Below are positions 42,397 to 55,908 of a stretch of 64,000 bases of DNA, piece after piece. The first letter of the stretch is position 1. Every line of letters starts with the position of its first letter. The translations under genes were made by a program, and so were the position numbers. Source of the stretch: Octopus vulgaris (Eukaryota); contig OX597818.1 in the NCBI GenBank assembly GCA_951406725.2, positions 16,120,001 to 16,184,000 of the forward strand, in the 5' to 3' direction. A model generated the notes under the pieces. The model saw nothing but the letters and a program-made list of their open reading frames with translations. It made no database searches and was not told the DNA's origin.

Positions 42397-44090
42397 CAAT
42401 TCATCAGACGGCCTCGATAAATGTGCAAAGGCTACCTTTATCAAAGGAAAAATGACAGAAACATCTAACGTTAACCTTGACCAACAGAATGTCATAAAAG
42501 AACTAGACCCAGCGGAGAGCTACAAGTACCTAGGGGTAATTGAAGGGAACGGAATAAGGCATTCAGAGATGAAGGAAAGGATCAGGAGAGAATGCTATCG
42601 AAGAGTGAGAGCAATACTCAAGACAGAGCTGAATGCAAGAAACAGGATCGAAGCAATCAATGCATTAGCTATACCAGTCGTGACTTACAGTTTCAATATT
42701 GTTAACTGGTCAATTACTGAAATATGTCAGCTCGACAGAAAAATAAGGAAACTGTTGACAATGCATAGAATGCACCACCCTAAGGCAGATACAGAACGAC
42801 TCTATCTGCCAAGAAAAGAGGAGGCCGTGGTCTTTTGCAACTGGCAATAACAATGAAGATTGCTACAATTGGCCTAGACACCTACCTGAAAAACTCTGAG
42901 GACTGGATGTTAAAACTTGTCTCAAAACATGAAAACAAGAAAGCATCATACTCAGTCACAAAACAGGCAAAGGTATATCTAAGTGAATTCCGAATACAAC
43001 CAATTTCGGAATTAGAGATAGATATACAAGAAACAAGCACAGAAAAAGCTAGGCGCATGAAAACCCGTGCCAAAACTGCGGCCTTAGATATTCTGAATAA
43101 TAAATGGCAAGAAAAACCTCTCTATGGCAAATACCCAAAGAGAGCGAATAATGCAGATATCGACAAAGCCCTGACCCATCAATGGCTAATGGCCTCTGGC
43201 TTAAAATCTGAAACAGAGGGGTTTATCATAGCAGCTCAAGATCAATGCCTACCAACAAGAAACTACCAGGCCAACATATTAAAGATCAGAAGCAGTCCAA
43301 CGTGTCGTGTATGCAAGCAACAAAATGAAACCATTGACCATGTGGTCTCCAAGTGCAGTCTTCTAGCGCCTACAGAGTATCTCAACAGGCACGATAGAGC
43401 TGCACAATATATTCACTGGGTAATCTGTAAAAACCTGGATTTGCCCCATGAAAAAAACTGGTGGGAACACAAACCACCCCCAGTGCTTGAAAATGACCAC
43501 ATCTCACTCCTCTGGAACTTCACCATTCAAACTGACAGGAAGATAGATGCAAATAGGCCAGACATCATATTGAAAGACTTCAAACAGGGAACATGCCTCC
43601 TCATTGATATGACTGTCCCAATCGATATAAACGTATCTGTCAAGACCTACCAAAAACTGAGCAAATATAAAGATCTTGAAATAGAAATCAGCAAAATGAG
43701 GAAGCTGAAGACTAAAACAATACCTGCTGTCATAGGTGCCCTGGGAATGATAGCAAAAGGGGCTGATAGCTACCTAACTCAGATACCAGGAAACCCAAAA
43801 ATGGCAGAAGTTCAAAAGATAGTGCTCATGGGAACTGCTCATATCCTACGCAAAATACTCTCTATGTAATCTCAAGGTTTAAAACAAACATAATTTTCGG
43901 TTTAAAAAAAAAAAAAAAAAAAAAAACCTTTTTTTTTTTAGACATTCATTAGTACAACATCCCCACCCCCCAAATATATGGCACACTAGGCATAACAACA
44001 ACATGAACTTCCAACCCTGTTGTCTCTTGAGGTCTCTGGGTGAGACTTGGAGCCAACTTGTACAAATATAAAGCAAAAGTCAAACATAGA
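42395..44090 (+). mobile_element. 5'-truncated R4/Dong-clade retrotransposon, young copy (one frameshift)
   Basis: ORFs 42452-42850 and 42835-43869: YKYLG, MHHPKAD, CRVC..ETIDHVVSKC, RHD, RPDI..LIDMTVP..KYKDL; in (AAT)n. Confidence 0.94.
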
Positions 44091-44104
44091 ATAATAATAA
44101 TAAT

Positions 44105-44520
44105 ACGAAAATGATAATACAAAGATCCTATGGGATTTTATGATTCAGTGCGACAATGCGATAGAGACTAAGAAACCAGACATAGTGTTAATTGAGAAAG
44201 AATGCAAACGATGCTATATCATAGATATAGTATGCCCAGCTGACAACAAGGTATTCGATAAAGAAGAAAGAAAAGTCGATAGATATGACAGGTTAGCTTG
44301 GGAGGTTAAGCAGTTGTGGTCGATGGAAAATATGGTAGTAGAATCAAGAATTGTCGGAGCCCTGGGAATAGTGAATAAAAATCTTGAGAAGTATATGGAA
44401 CAAATAGGGGCTGCAATAAGGGTGGAGCACTTGCAGAAAACAGCACTGCTTGGAACCACTCGAATACTCCGGATGGTGCTCGAAAAATAAGGGATGTTAG
44501 AAGTTGTGAGAGGAAAAAAA
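44105..44520 (+). mobile_element. Short endonuclease-only 3' fragment of another R4/Dong-type element
   Basis: LWDF..KPDIV..IIDIVCPAD..KVDRYDRL; between AAT arrays. Confidence 0.85.
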
Positions 44521-44533
44521 AATAATAATGATG

Positions 44534-44583
<50 letters not shown>

Positions 44584-44604
44584 GATCATGATGATGATGA
44601 TGAT

Positions 44605-44754
44605 AAAAATTACCCTCTCTACTCTAGGTACAAGGCCTGAAATTTGTGGGGAAGGGGTAAGTCGATCACATCGACCCCATCAGCGGAATTCGAACTTAGA
44701 ACGTAAAGACGGACGAAATGCCGCTGAACTAACGATTCTGCCAGCTCTCCGCCC

Positions 44755-44794
<40 letters not shown>

Positions 44795-44798
44795 TAAC

Positions 44799-44850
<52 letters not shown>

Positions 44851-45060
44851 GTTTCAAATTTTGCCATAAGGGCAGCAGTTTTGGGGGAGGAGACGAGCCA
44901 ATTACATCGACCCCAGTGTTCAACTGGTACTTATTTTATCGATCCGAAAGGATGAAAGGTAAAGTCGACCTCAGTGGAATTTAAACACAGAACGTGAAGA
45001 CAGATGAAATACCACCAAGCTTTTCGTCCGCGTGCTAACGACTCTGCCAACTCGCCGCCT
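44605..45060 (-). mobile_element. Two family B-related SINE copies
   Basis: Shared core and GCCAGCTC.CCGCC head. Confidence 0.75.
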
Positions 45061-45079
45061 TTTCTAATAATAATAATAT

Positions 45080-47485
45080 CATTTATCAGCCACTAGGGCC
45101 GACATTTAGGGGACGATACAGTAGACATGGACAGTGGGAATTTTACACAGAAACAACGAGTACACAAAACAATAACAATGATATCCAGCAAAAAGAATAT
45201 AACAATTAAAGTTCCCCAATAGGGAGGGGTAACCACTGGGAGTTGGCTCAGGTACCCCACCAATCCTGAACCACTCGACGCTTCGAGGACATCCGGGAAG
45301 GGCACCCTTCTCCCTCTCAAATTCAGTAGCCTACAGGCGCATTATTAGAGTAGGTTTATCCACACGAGCCGTTTTCGCTACATTCATCCACCTTTTATCA
45401 GATGTACTGGGAAGCAGCACTTCTCTTTCCACCCTCGTCTTCCTTTCCAAGTGAAATTTGAAAAAGTTGATGAGGGATTGACCGAAGAGAAAAGCGTCTG
45501 TCTTCAGTCCTTTCAACCTGGTCCACAATACAACCTCTTTCGCTACTGCTATCAGACAGAGGAAAATTGCCTGCCTTTCCGGACCGATGGAAGGCGGCGG
45601 ATCGATCGTCACTGTGGATTCGGCCGATAGCTGGATGCGTCCTACACGTGATAACAGTTGTTCAATATAACTCTACAGTCAGTAATGCGAGGACACTGGA
45701 GGAGTGCGAGCAGAACGATTTAGTCGCTCTGCGCGCATCTCGGGGAGGTGCGCCTGACAGCACTTCCGTGCCTGTAGAGTTCATCTCGAACTGGCAGTGC
45801 CCCCCCCCCGGTAGTATTGCCAAGCTAGGAATTTCTGGAAGTTATCCATCGTCCCCTGAACAGACTGTTTAGTTCGACTTCGTCAACGCCTAGCGTTTCT
45901 CTAAGTACATCATCGTCCTTTCCCTCCACTAACCCTCTATAGAAGTCAAGAGTGGATGTTCCACTGATCGCATTGCCTGCCTGGTAGGGGGCAGTGAGTG
46001 TCTGGCAACATTCCTGACGCCTGTCACTCTGCCTCGGTCTCTTCTTGATCCAGGACTGCAGCTCAGTCAAGGAGACGAGCTGTAGAAAGGCTTGTTTGGT
46101 GTTGTTGCTGGTGATTTTGCCGGTGCTGGTGTTGATTGTGGCTCTTGTCCCAGGATAGGCAGCAGTGGAGGCCTTTGACTTCTTGCGCTTTTACCAGTTG
46201 GGGGCAGCGAGCTCGCAAATGAGTCGTTTCTCCTCACGCGAAACAATGAGGTCTCAGTCATATATATCATTCTGGAGACGGATGTGATCCGGGATTTTTT
46301 TAATGTTTTCGGGTCTGATCCGGAGAAGTATCTCCAGGTCAACCCCGGACCAGTCCTCCCTGGCAGTTCTTGTCGCTTCTATCGAGACAGTATCCGTCCC
46401 TTCCATTATCACGCATCCCAGAAGCCACCAAATATCTAGATCTGGTGGGATTCTAGGAATGCGGACACAAGCTGTACGTTTACCCGTGTGGGAGAGATAC
46501 ATGATGACTTTGCTGGTTTTGCAGGGGGGATCATTGAATGTTTCATAGCGAGGGCTTCTGACTTAAACAGCACTGAAATGGTGCAGTATTGTTTTCCCCT
46601 TGCTATGTATTCGATGTTATTTCTGATGCACCTCAGCGCCGCCTGGGCCATTAAATCCGCCTTTTTCGTGTCTACTGAGATGCATCTGAAAAGCACCGTT
46701 CTTCTCTCCACTGTTTCAATTGCCTCTGATGGGATATTCAGGCTGATCCAAGTCTTCTCTTGTTTTATTAGTTTCCATGCCTGTGGTAGTATCTGCTCCC
46801 CCGTTGTTTGTTCTTCGCTGCTGCTGCTGCAAACGTGCTTTTGTTATTGTTATTGGTATTGTTCTCGTTGTTGTTTTTGTTGTTGTTACTGTTGCTGCTG
46901 CTGCCGTTATTGTTATTGTTGTTGCTATCGCTACTGCCGCTGCTGTTTTTGTCTTTTTCGTGGTTGTTGTTGCTATCACTACTACGACTGCTGCTGCGGC
47001 TGCTGTGACTGTTGCAGTTGCTGCTGTTGTCATTTCTACTGCTGTCAGTGTTTCTGCTACTATTGTTGTTACTGTTAGTTGGGCTTTGTACCATGACAGT
47101 TTTGTTTTCTCCTCCTTCCCTTCCCCTGTATTGTTGCTCGTAACGGAGGGAAAGGGAGCAAAGTCTTCGTCCATTACCATACTGGTAGGAGGGTTTGTTT
47201 TGTTTTTTTTTCCTCAACTCTTTCAAGACGCGTTCTGCCATCTTGTTGAGTTGTATTTGACTCAATTAAATTTAACGCCCACCGAAATTATTTGGTGGGA
47301 CGAAAACCGCCCCTCCTGGAGCTACACAATCATAAAAAAAACTAGTAACAAGTTCCTGGTGTTTCTATTTACAACTTGGAATAAAATAAATTATTGAAAA
47401 AGGACACCAATCCTGGTACAAATAAATATTTTGAACTGGACTTACTTTGAGTGTTCGAAAACATGTCCGATGTGTTCCGCAGTAA
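45080..47485 (-). mobile_element. Internally deleted L1/Tx1-type element: ORF1 fused to the C-terminus of ORF2
   Basis: ORF1 with poly-Asn insert and knuckle CFA*GETTHLRARC; from about 46068 onward FYRGLVEGKDDDVLRETLG matches the 1-1080 fragment; endonuclease and RT absent. Confidence 0.75.
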
Positions 47486-47713
47486 ATACAATAATATTAA
47501 TAATAACAAAGATAATAATCTTTTCTAATATAGGCACAGGGCCTGAAAGTGTAGTGGAGGGCACTAATCGATTACATCGATCACAGTATTCCACTGGTAC
47601 TTAATTTATCGACTCTGAAAGGATGAAAGGCAAAGTCGACCTCGGCGGAATTTGAACTCAGAGGTGCTTACCAGCTCACCGCCTAAACTAATAATAATAA
47701 TTATAACAATACT

Positions 47714-47770
<57 letters not shown>

Positions 47771-49170
47771 AATAATAATAATTCTTTATTGATTTCAGTG
47801 GCATTATCATAGATACATATAAACATAGATGTTATGCAAGGAAATTGCAAAACCGTGTGGGACTGAGCAAGACACAACTATATAAATACAGCAGGAAGCA
47901 AAGACGTTATACAATGAGCATATAAGAAAATTTTATACAAACTAAATATAATAAATATATGATTGCATCAACTGATTAAATCAATATATAACTTTAAAAA
48001 AAACAACTCTAAATCACAGATAGAGAAACCCATTCACACCCGAGTGAGGGCATACAAGCGATGTTTATCTAGAGTACTTTTACAATATTGGCCACTTTTT
48101 GAAAAGAGTATAGCCGGAGGTGCCCATTAGTATCATTGATGTGGAACTGGACAAGAAGTCTCCTACGTATTCTTGGTAGTCGCATATTCACAAGTCTACT
48201 ATCTATTGCATAAACTACTAGTGCAGTTTTCACTAACAGTCAATCATTGGAGTATTCCATAAATCTGAAGCCAGTCTTATTTTCTAGTAATATCTTATGG
48301 CTCTATTCTGCTCGCTTCAGTTCCTTTCGTAGCTATATCAGTTCTTCGGCTTTTTGTGCGAAGAACTGTTGATGGCATAGAGATCCCGGAGGAACGTAAG
48401 CTGCTCTGGTTTCTGCGTGCTGGTAGCGAATACTTTTTTCGTTTGTTGCCTTTTCTGCTGTTTTCAACAGTTTGTCATTATCTTTGTTCGTTTTTCATCT
48501 TCTCATTGTCTCACATAACTGGGTCATATAGCCGCATAAAGCTGACTGATCAGCCCTTTGAACCAAAGATGAAGCGATTTGTTCTGATGCTTCCGGAACT
48601 GCGACTGGTAGCATCCCGGGAAGAGTATCCCATGTGGAATACTTTGTAAATTTTCTTAAGTGAACAAAAACCGAAGGGAATGGATAGATTCACATACAAG
48701 GTGTTAATAATGCACAATGGGCAACACTTTGGAGGTGCGATGGTTGTAAGAAAAAAAGATGGCAAGGAGATAGTTAATATAACGTAGCTGTACACTTAAT
48801 AATTATATTAGTACACTTTGCAAACAGAAAAATATGTTAGTAAAAACAAAAAGCTAGGAATACATATAAGAAGAAAATTATTACAAACAAGTAGATGAAA
48901 AGCTGAAGACAAAAAAAAAACCGATGGAAGGAAGAATGTCTGTTATACAAACCATTATACATCATATTGTAATATAGTCTCAGTCAAAGCCATTTTTCAG
49001 AAATGTGTCTTCCACCATTACATTTTTCTAATAGAAAAACCTTCTACTAGAACTTACAAACTCTGTACGTAATATTCTGTTAATGGATAAAATCGTAATA
49101 TATTGTAATGTTTAAATTGTTACATGTTGTAAGGTTTTATTTTCTTTGCATATTTTCTCTTCTTTTGCAG

Positions 49171-49242
49171 ACAAAGAAAAACCCCAAACATGATAAATTA
49201 ACATGGGACATTCATTTCTGGCTTGGTACTGAATGTTCTAAG
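49171..49242 (+). CDS. Gelsolin/villin-family protein, coding exon 3 (TKKNPKHDKLTWDIHFWLGTECSK)
   Basis: Polypyrimidine tract plus tgcAG, WDIHFWLG motif, donor GTTAGT, phase 0/0. Confidence 0.94.
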
Positions 49243-50770
49243 GTTAGTACTTAATTTGTAAACTGTTAATAATCTCCATGTTATTCTACTCATCAATAAA
49301 CAGGGTAACATTTAATAAAGATAACTGACAAATGTTCTTGCCATTTTCCATGCTTTGGTGGAGCTATGATATCACGGATCACTCCGGGCTGTACTGTCAA
49401 CTAATATAATACCAGTAAGATATAAAAATATGTAGCGAGACAGAAGCGTTTTATGAGAGGTTGGCCATAGGTCTAACAAAATTGTAGGGAAATGCAGAAA
49501 GAAGCCAATACCAATGTAGTAATCCACCAGCCCTAATGCAGCAACCCTTATCTAAATTAGAGTATGGTGTTGAGTGGATACTTAAGAATGAATTTTATTA
49601 CTGGTTTAGAATTTTGGCATACGACCAACAATTCTAAGGGAGAGGATAAATCGACTACATCGATCCCAGAGTTTAAGAAAGGAAACACCTATGGGTATTG
49701 CAGAGCCGTGAGTTATAGTTGGAAGAAGTGAATAAAAATAACGAGTTACCATCGAATAGGAGACCGATTTTGAATTCTTGCAACAAAAAAACCCCAAGAA
49801 CGGTAGTGTGAAACCAAGCAACTCAAGAACCGAGGAAAAGATACAGTCTGGTGTGCTTCAGAACAAATTCTGTTTTCCCAGTCACACTGAGAGGCTTTGG
49901 ATCAACTTGATGCTATTGTAGAAAATATTTGTTCAAGGTGTGGCACGGAAGAATTGAACTGGAAATCATGCGATTGTCACACACGCTTTTTATCCCACGC
50001 CCATGGTTGTGAGATTAACAATCAAAACCCTCACTGTAAAAAGTTAACTACAAACGTAGAAACGTACGAGGAAAGAATAATGGAGATGGGTCAGCAGTTG
50101 TTCGAAGAAATATAAAGAAGTCTATTGAAATTTATGACCAACAAAAATTTTATTCTTTTTGTACACAAGAAACAAATGCTGAAGTTACTGCAAATGAAAA
50201 AGTGTCGAGTTTGGATGTTATTGTTCTTGGTGTAATAGTAACAGCAATCTAAAAGTTAGCTGCTGGTTGTTGTGTTGCTGTGGCCGGTCATTCATTGTGC
50301 CTATTATCAACTCAGGTCAGCAGCTGTCTGAATCCGTTCGCTGTCCACCTGCCATTTCGTCTCTGTTCCCTCTCAATTCTCCCTTCAAGTTCTCTGTCAA
50401 GTAGCTAAGGTGTGCTGAACTGATGGTTAGGCTCAGAAGGAAGCGCGCCAAAAGATGAAATCATCTCTGGGGCCTATTCCATGCGAAGTCGTGATTGGTC
50501 AGATTTTATTCACCATATGAATAATATTCTAGCGAATCATGGCATCAGTTGTAGTTATCTGACTGCTGAACATTCCCGCTTCACATTCAACACCGTTAAA
50601 GTTTAAACTCAGTCTTCCACAGTAAATCGCAGTTTACAAAACATTGTAACTTCGTACTGGTTTAACCACTTTGCATTTGGTTAACTAAAGCCTCAAATTG
50701 TTTTCCTTTGTTCTTGTGAAATTATTTAAACATGTTCCATAGCAAACTGTCTGCCTTTTCTGTTTAAATA

Positions 50771-51874
50771 CGAGGTGGTATTAAAACGTTCCCGGACTAG
50801 TTCTGCAGCATACCAACATATGGCAGCACATGATTGCGTGCACAGTAAGAGCTGTCAGTCACCTTCATTTTGGCAGTGTGCCGAGTGACATCGCTGAGTT
50901 TACTTCACAAGTTGTGAAATTTGTGTTTTTGTGATCACGTATATGTTGTAGTCTGCGGTTTTGTCAATGACAGGAAGTTGGAATAAAGAGCCAACGTGAA
51001 ATTTTGCGTTAAACTTGGGAAGTTTGTAACAGAGACATGGAGTATATTTTGGCAAGCATACGGTGACGAATCAATGAGTCACACGCAATGTTTCGAGTAG
51101 TACGGGTGCTTCAAAAGCGGAAGAACGTCTCTGGAAGACAATGAGTGATCTGGAAGACCTGCCACGCGTATCTCCTCTAGAAATGTGGAGAAAATTCCTC
51201 AGCTTGCGGAAGAGGATCGCCAGAGGACAATCAACGGCGTTGCTGATGTTGTTGGTCTGTCGTATTTGTCTGTGCAGGCAATCGTAACGTCTGAATTGAA
51301 CATGCAGCGTGTCTCTGCCAATTTTGTCTCCCACCTGCTGACCACTGAGCGCAAAGAACATCGCGTCGAAGTCTGTCAAGATCTCCGCCAGCGTACTGCT
51401 GATGGCCCGTCCTTCACGTCGAGGCTCATCACCGTTTGAGGGAGGACATTCAGCAAAAGCGACGGATCTGTGGAGCGCGAAAAATGGGATATTTCACGAC
51501 GACAATGCACCCTGTCACCGAGCTCTCCTCACTTGTGAAGTTCTCACCAAAAAAACAACATGACATCGCTTCCGCATTCGCCCTATTCGTCAGATTTAGC
51601 ACCTCCGGACTTTCATCTCTTCCCCAAGATGAAAATGAAGCTCAAAGCTTGCCGTTTTAATACCGTTGTCGAGATCTAGAACGAATCACAGAAGGTCCTC
51701 ATTTCATTTACGGAAAACGACTTCTAGACCGTATTCCAAAAGTGGCAGAAACGCTGGAACCGGTATATTGCTGCGCAAGGTAACTATTTCGAAGGAGATG
51801 GGCCAAAATTTAGGTAAATATGTTATTTTTATTATTAAATATAACTAGTCTGGGAACCTTTTGATACTACCTCG
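50771..51874 (+). mobile_element. Mariner element with both TIRs and an internal deletion
   Basis: TA TSD; TIRs CGAGGTGGTATTAAAACGTTCCCGGACTAGTT and AACTAGTCTGGGAACCTTTTGATACTACCTCG; VSANFVSHLLT, HDDNAPCH and YSSDLAPPDFHLF remnants. Confidence 0.93.
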
Positions 51875-51895
51875 TATTCTCTTTATATTACGTAG

Positions 51896-51973
51896 GATGA
51901 ACAAGGAGTTGCTGCTTACAAAACAGTGGAATTGGACGACCATTTGGGAGGAGCACCCGTGCAGTATCGTGAG
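51896..51973 (+). CDS. Gelsolin/villin-family protein, coding exon 4 (DEQGVAAYKTVELDDHLGGAPVQYRE)
   Basis: Canonical G1 actin-binding helix DEQGxAAxKTVELDDxLGG; acceptor cgtAG, donor GTAAGA. Confidence 0.96.
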
Positions 51974-52719
51974 GTAAGAAGACTTTCTCAATATTTTTAT
52001 GTATTTTTCTTAGTTACGAAACCCGAATGTATTTTAAAGGACGGGCGAAACGGAAAGTTATGATATAATGTTTTATTCAAACGGAGAATGGAAATCTAGT
52101 TTCGAAACAAACTCTCAGTTTTGCTGTTTGGTTATTACATGACGGTCACTTTATAAGTGACTATCACATAATACACACAGTGGAGACAATTTCTTTCAAA
52201 TATACCTTTGAGGATTCCAGTTTTTAGCATAGTATCTGCCTGACAATAACAGACGAAGATAAGTTAAACCAAATCCGAAATGCATTGTTACTTCACAGAT
52301 ATGCAATTCACCTTCAGGTATCTGGATTTTTTTCGATTTGACGTACTTCTTCCAGTTTTATTGAAAATTGCTACATAGAAGTATTATTGAGCTGTAAATT
52401 TCAAGTAGAAAAATCATATTTTTGGGGTGGGTGGGGGAAGAATTGAATAATAAAAAAAATCATTAAATCATTTTCAATTATTAAAGAAAATTTGGTAATT
52501 TTAACCAATTAGATCCAGCCATTTGCTTTAGGCCATCAGGATGTTGTGGAAGCCCTGTTTTTGTTTTCGATATGCAGAAACGAAAACCACAAGTTGAAAT
52601 TTTTCGAGAAATTGGTAAATATTTAAAGATATCGCTGATTATTTAAAGATGAACATATTTAATGAAAGAAAATTTAAGAAAGCAATAAGTTAACGTTTGT
52701 ACCAAAATTTTGCAATGTA

Positions 52720-52915
52720 CCACAAACCCAATCTCTAACGCTATACCTAAACGTTAATGCTAAACTCTAAAGACTAATCTAAGTCCTAATGCCAAACCCC
52801 AACCCCTAAACCATGAACTCTAACCCTAAGCTCTAACTCTAATTCCATCTCAACTCCTAAATAATAACCCCAGTCATAAATCCTAACGCTAGTCCTAAAC
52901 CTTAAACTCTAACCT
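52720..52915 (+). repeat. Degenerate (CCCTAA)n telomere-like array
   Basis: About 30 hexamers such as CTCTAA, CCCTAA, TCCTAA. Confidence 0.6.
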
Positions 52916-53352
52916 GCAATAGATACACTACATCCAACGTAAAAGGATATGCCTTCGCTATCCAGGAACAGGAGATAGCTGTTAGACACCTGATAGGCAA
53001 GCGGGACAAAGATAGCGCCAAACCTCCACGTTGTGATAAAAAAATGTCGGCTCTGCTATACCAGTGTGGAAGATATCATTCACATCAGCAGTAGCTACAC
53101 CGAAATGTCTACCAGATACTACCTGCCTCTGAGGCATGATATAGTTGCAAAAACCATTTAAAATGCTTTCTGTAGGAAGGACTGCCCTGGCATGTACACC
53201 AAAGATATGTCGGAACTAGTAGGTATTCACACCTTTTAAAAACAAGAAATACTGGTGGACCACCCATACATACGTACATACGTGCGAACGTATGTATGTA
53301 TGTATGTATGTATGTATGTATGTATGTATGTATGTATGTATGTATATGTGTA

Positions 53353-53447
<95 letters not shown>

Positions 53448-53484
53448 GCCTGTTTGTCTATCTATAAATATATATATATATATG

Positions 53485-53516
<32 letters not shown>

Positions 53517-53639
53517 CATATATATATACTATATTCAGATTATTGATGAAAGCTGGAGGGTATATCAGCTGAAACGTTGTTAACAACAAACAAGATGAGG
53601 ACAAATATCCGTCAGTTGTTGAAAATGTATAATGTAAAT

Positions 53640-53712
<73 letters not shown>

Positions 53713-53740
53713 ATGGATGTATGTGTATATATATATACAC

Positions 53741-53791
<51 letters not shown>

Positions 53792-53874
53792 CATATATAT
53801 ATAAATATATATGTATATATAAATGTATGCATGTATATATATATATATTCTTTTATTCTTTTACTTGTTTCATC

Positions 53875-54719
53875 ATAATAGTTGAAGAACTAGCGGAGAA
53901 GGTTGGATTTGGTCAGTCAACCATTCATCTTCTGTGCCATTGGAAAAGTCAGCAAATGGGGTCAATAGGTTCCTCACAAACTTTCCTAGTCTAATCGCAT
54001 GCAGAGAGGGAATGTGTGCTCTTCTTTGCTGTCACAACTCACGAATGAACCTTTTTTGGACCAAATAGTGACTGGTGACGAGAAATGGGTTCTCTATAAA
54101 AATGTCAAGACATTGGGTAGGGAAAGGAGAAACACCGGCACCCCACGCTAAAGGTCTTCATCCACGTTAGGTGTTGTTATCTGTTTGGTGGGATATGAAA
54201 GGTTTAGTCCACTTTGAACTTTTAAATCCAAACCAAACGATAACGAAGGAGATATACTGCGAGCAGCCATGAGCGGCTTAAGTCAGCGCTAGAAAAAAAA
54301 AAAACAATCATCTTTGGTTTCAAGACGAAAGGTGTTCTTCCATCAGGAAAATGCTCGGCCACATACAGCGAGGAAAGATTCCAAAGACTGGAGCAGTTTG
54401 AATGAGAAACGATGTCCGGCCCACCATATTCGCCGGACATTGTCCCATTTGATTATCATTTATTCTGTAGTCTTCAACATCATTTGAACGGAAAGAATGT
54501 GAATTCTGTAGACGAGCTCAGAACAGTACCGGAGGAGCATTTTTCGTAACGGACAAGTGAATTTTGGAAGAGGGGCCTTGCAAGTTTACCAGATAGATGG
54601 AAGAGCATTGCAGAAAATGAAGGAGAGTATATTTTAGATTAAAAATGAACTGTGTTTATCTTAATTTTGAAAAATAAAAGAAATATTTAAAATACCACAT
54701 TATTTATGGGATGACCTAA

Positions 54720-54720
<1 letters not shown>
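53875..54720 (+). mobile_element. 5'-truncated mariner element, decayed
   Basis: IVTGDEKWVLY, HQENARPH, PPYSPDIVPFDYHLF; right TIR ...TTATTTATGGGATGACCTAAT. Confidence 0.9.
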
Positions 54721-54785
<65 letters not shown>

Positions 54786-54892
54786 ATCAGCCGAAATTGC
54801 GAGGATGATCCGGTTCTTCACTGAAGATTAGAGGCTTCGAATGACCCGTCCGTTTTTTGTGTCGTCTATTTGAATGTTTTGCGTTCTTGTCC

Positions 54893-54961
<69 letters not shown>

Positions 54962-54987
54962 GGATGTTCTTTTCTTTTATTCCCTAG

Positions 54988-55040
54988 GTCCAGAACCACG
55001 AATCCCAGTTGTTTCTGTCATACTTTAAAAAAGGCATAAC
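54988..55040 (+). CDS. Gelsolin/villin-family protein, coding exon 5 (VQNHESQLFLSYFKKGI)
   Basis: VQxHES..F.SYF motif; acceptor tccctAG; donor GTAAGA in phase 2, matching the next exon. Confidence 0.94.
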
Positions 55041-55390
55041 GTAAGACAAAACTTTATATTTAGAATACATATCTAACCTTTAATTACTCATTATTGTCTC
55101 TCATCTCCACAATTTACGACCGAAGTTAATGTTGCAATGTCTAGATTATTAAATGTCTATGCATTTAACTCATTTCAGATGTTAATGTTGTTACTGCTTA
55201 ACCACAGGTCTATTTTGATAGGGTAGATCTTTGATCCAAAGCATTCTGGCTGTGTGTGTTCCATCTTTTTATTATATATAGTATATTCAGGATTCTATTA
55301 TCCAATGTTTCTTTATCAACGTTAAATGTTGTAGTGTGATTTGAGAAACATTCAGCTTATGTTTATTGCAGGTCGTGTAACTGCTTAAAG

Positions 55391-55908
55391 CAAGGGTCGG
55401 GGAACTTTTTAAATCAATCTCCCCGATTTGAAAGGAAGAAAATCATAGATTCATTGAATTCAAAAGGTTTATTGAATCTATCTATATGATGAATACAATT
55501 ATAAATATAAAAAGCATAAAACAAATGCGATAAAATAAATTAATAACCTCATTATGAAGCAAATCGAATTTTCACTGCAGATATTATAGAAATGATGTTT
55601 CGTTTTTGTTACAATTACATCAAAATTGGGGCATTTGATACTAGAGCAATTTGGATACAGTCTTCGGGGTCCAATTCATTATTCTGCTTTGTTTTTATGT
55701 TCATTAGAGTGGGAAATCCTTGTTCGCAAAGGTAGGTTGTTGCAAAAGGCTCCAACGTTTTGACTGCCTCCTCATGCCAGAAGAGAAAATTCTGTCGTAA
55801 CAAGGAGCACGTTTTTTTATATGTAATTTTACTTACGAATTCTCATTACCCACAAGAATTTCATTTTTACTCCACTTGGAGTAATTTACCCCTGTTCGCC
55901 AACCCCTA
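55391..55908 (-). mobile_element. hAT (Charlie/Buster-type) deletion derivative
   Basis: TIRs CAAGGGTCGGGGAAC and GTTCGCCAACCCCTA; residual peptide PFATTYLCEQGFPTLMNIKTK. Confidence 0.8.
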
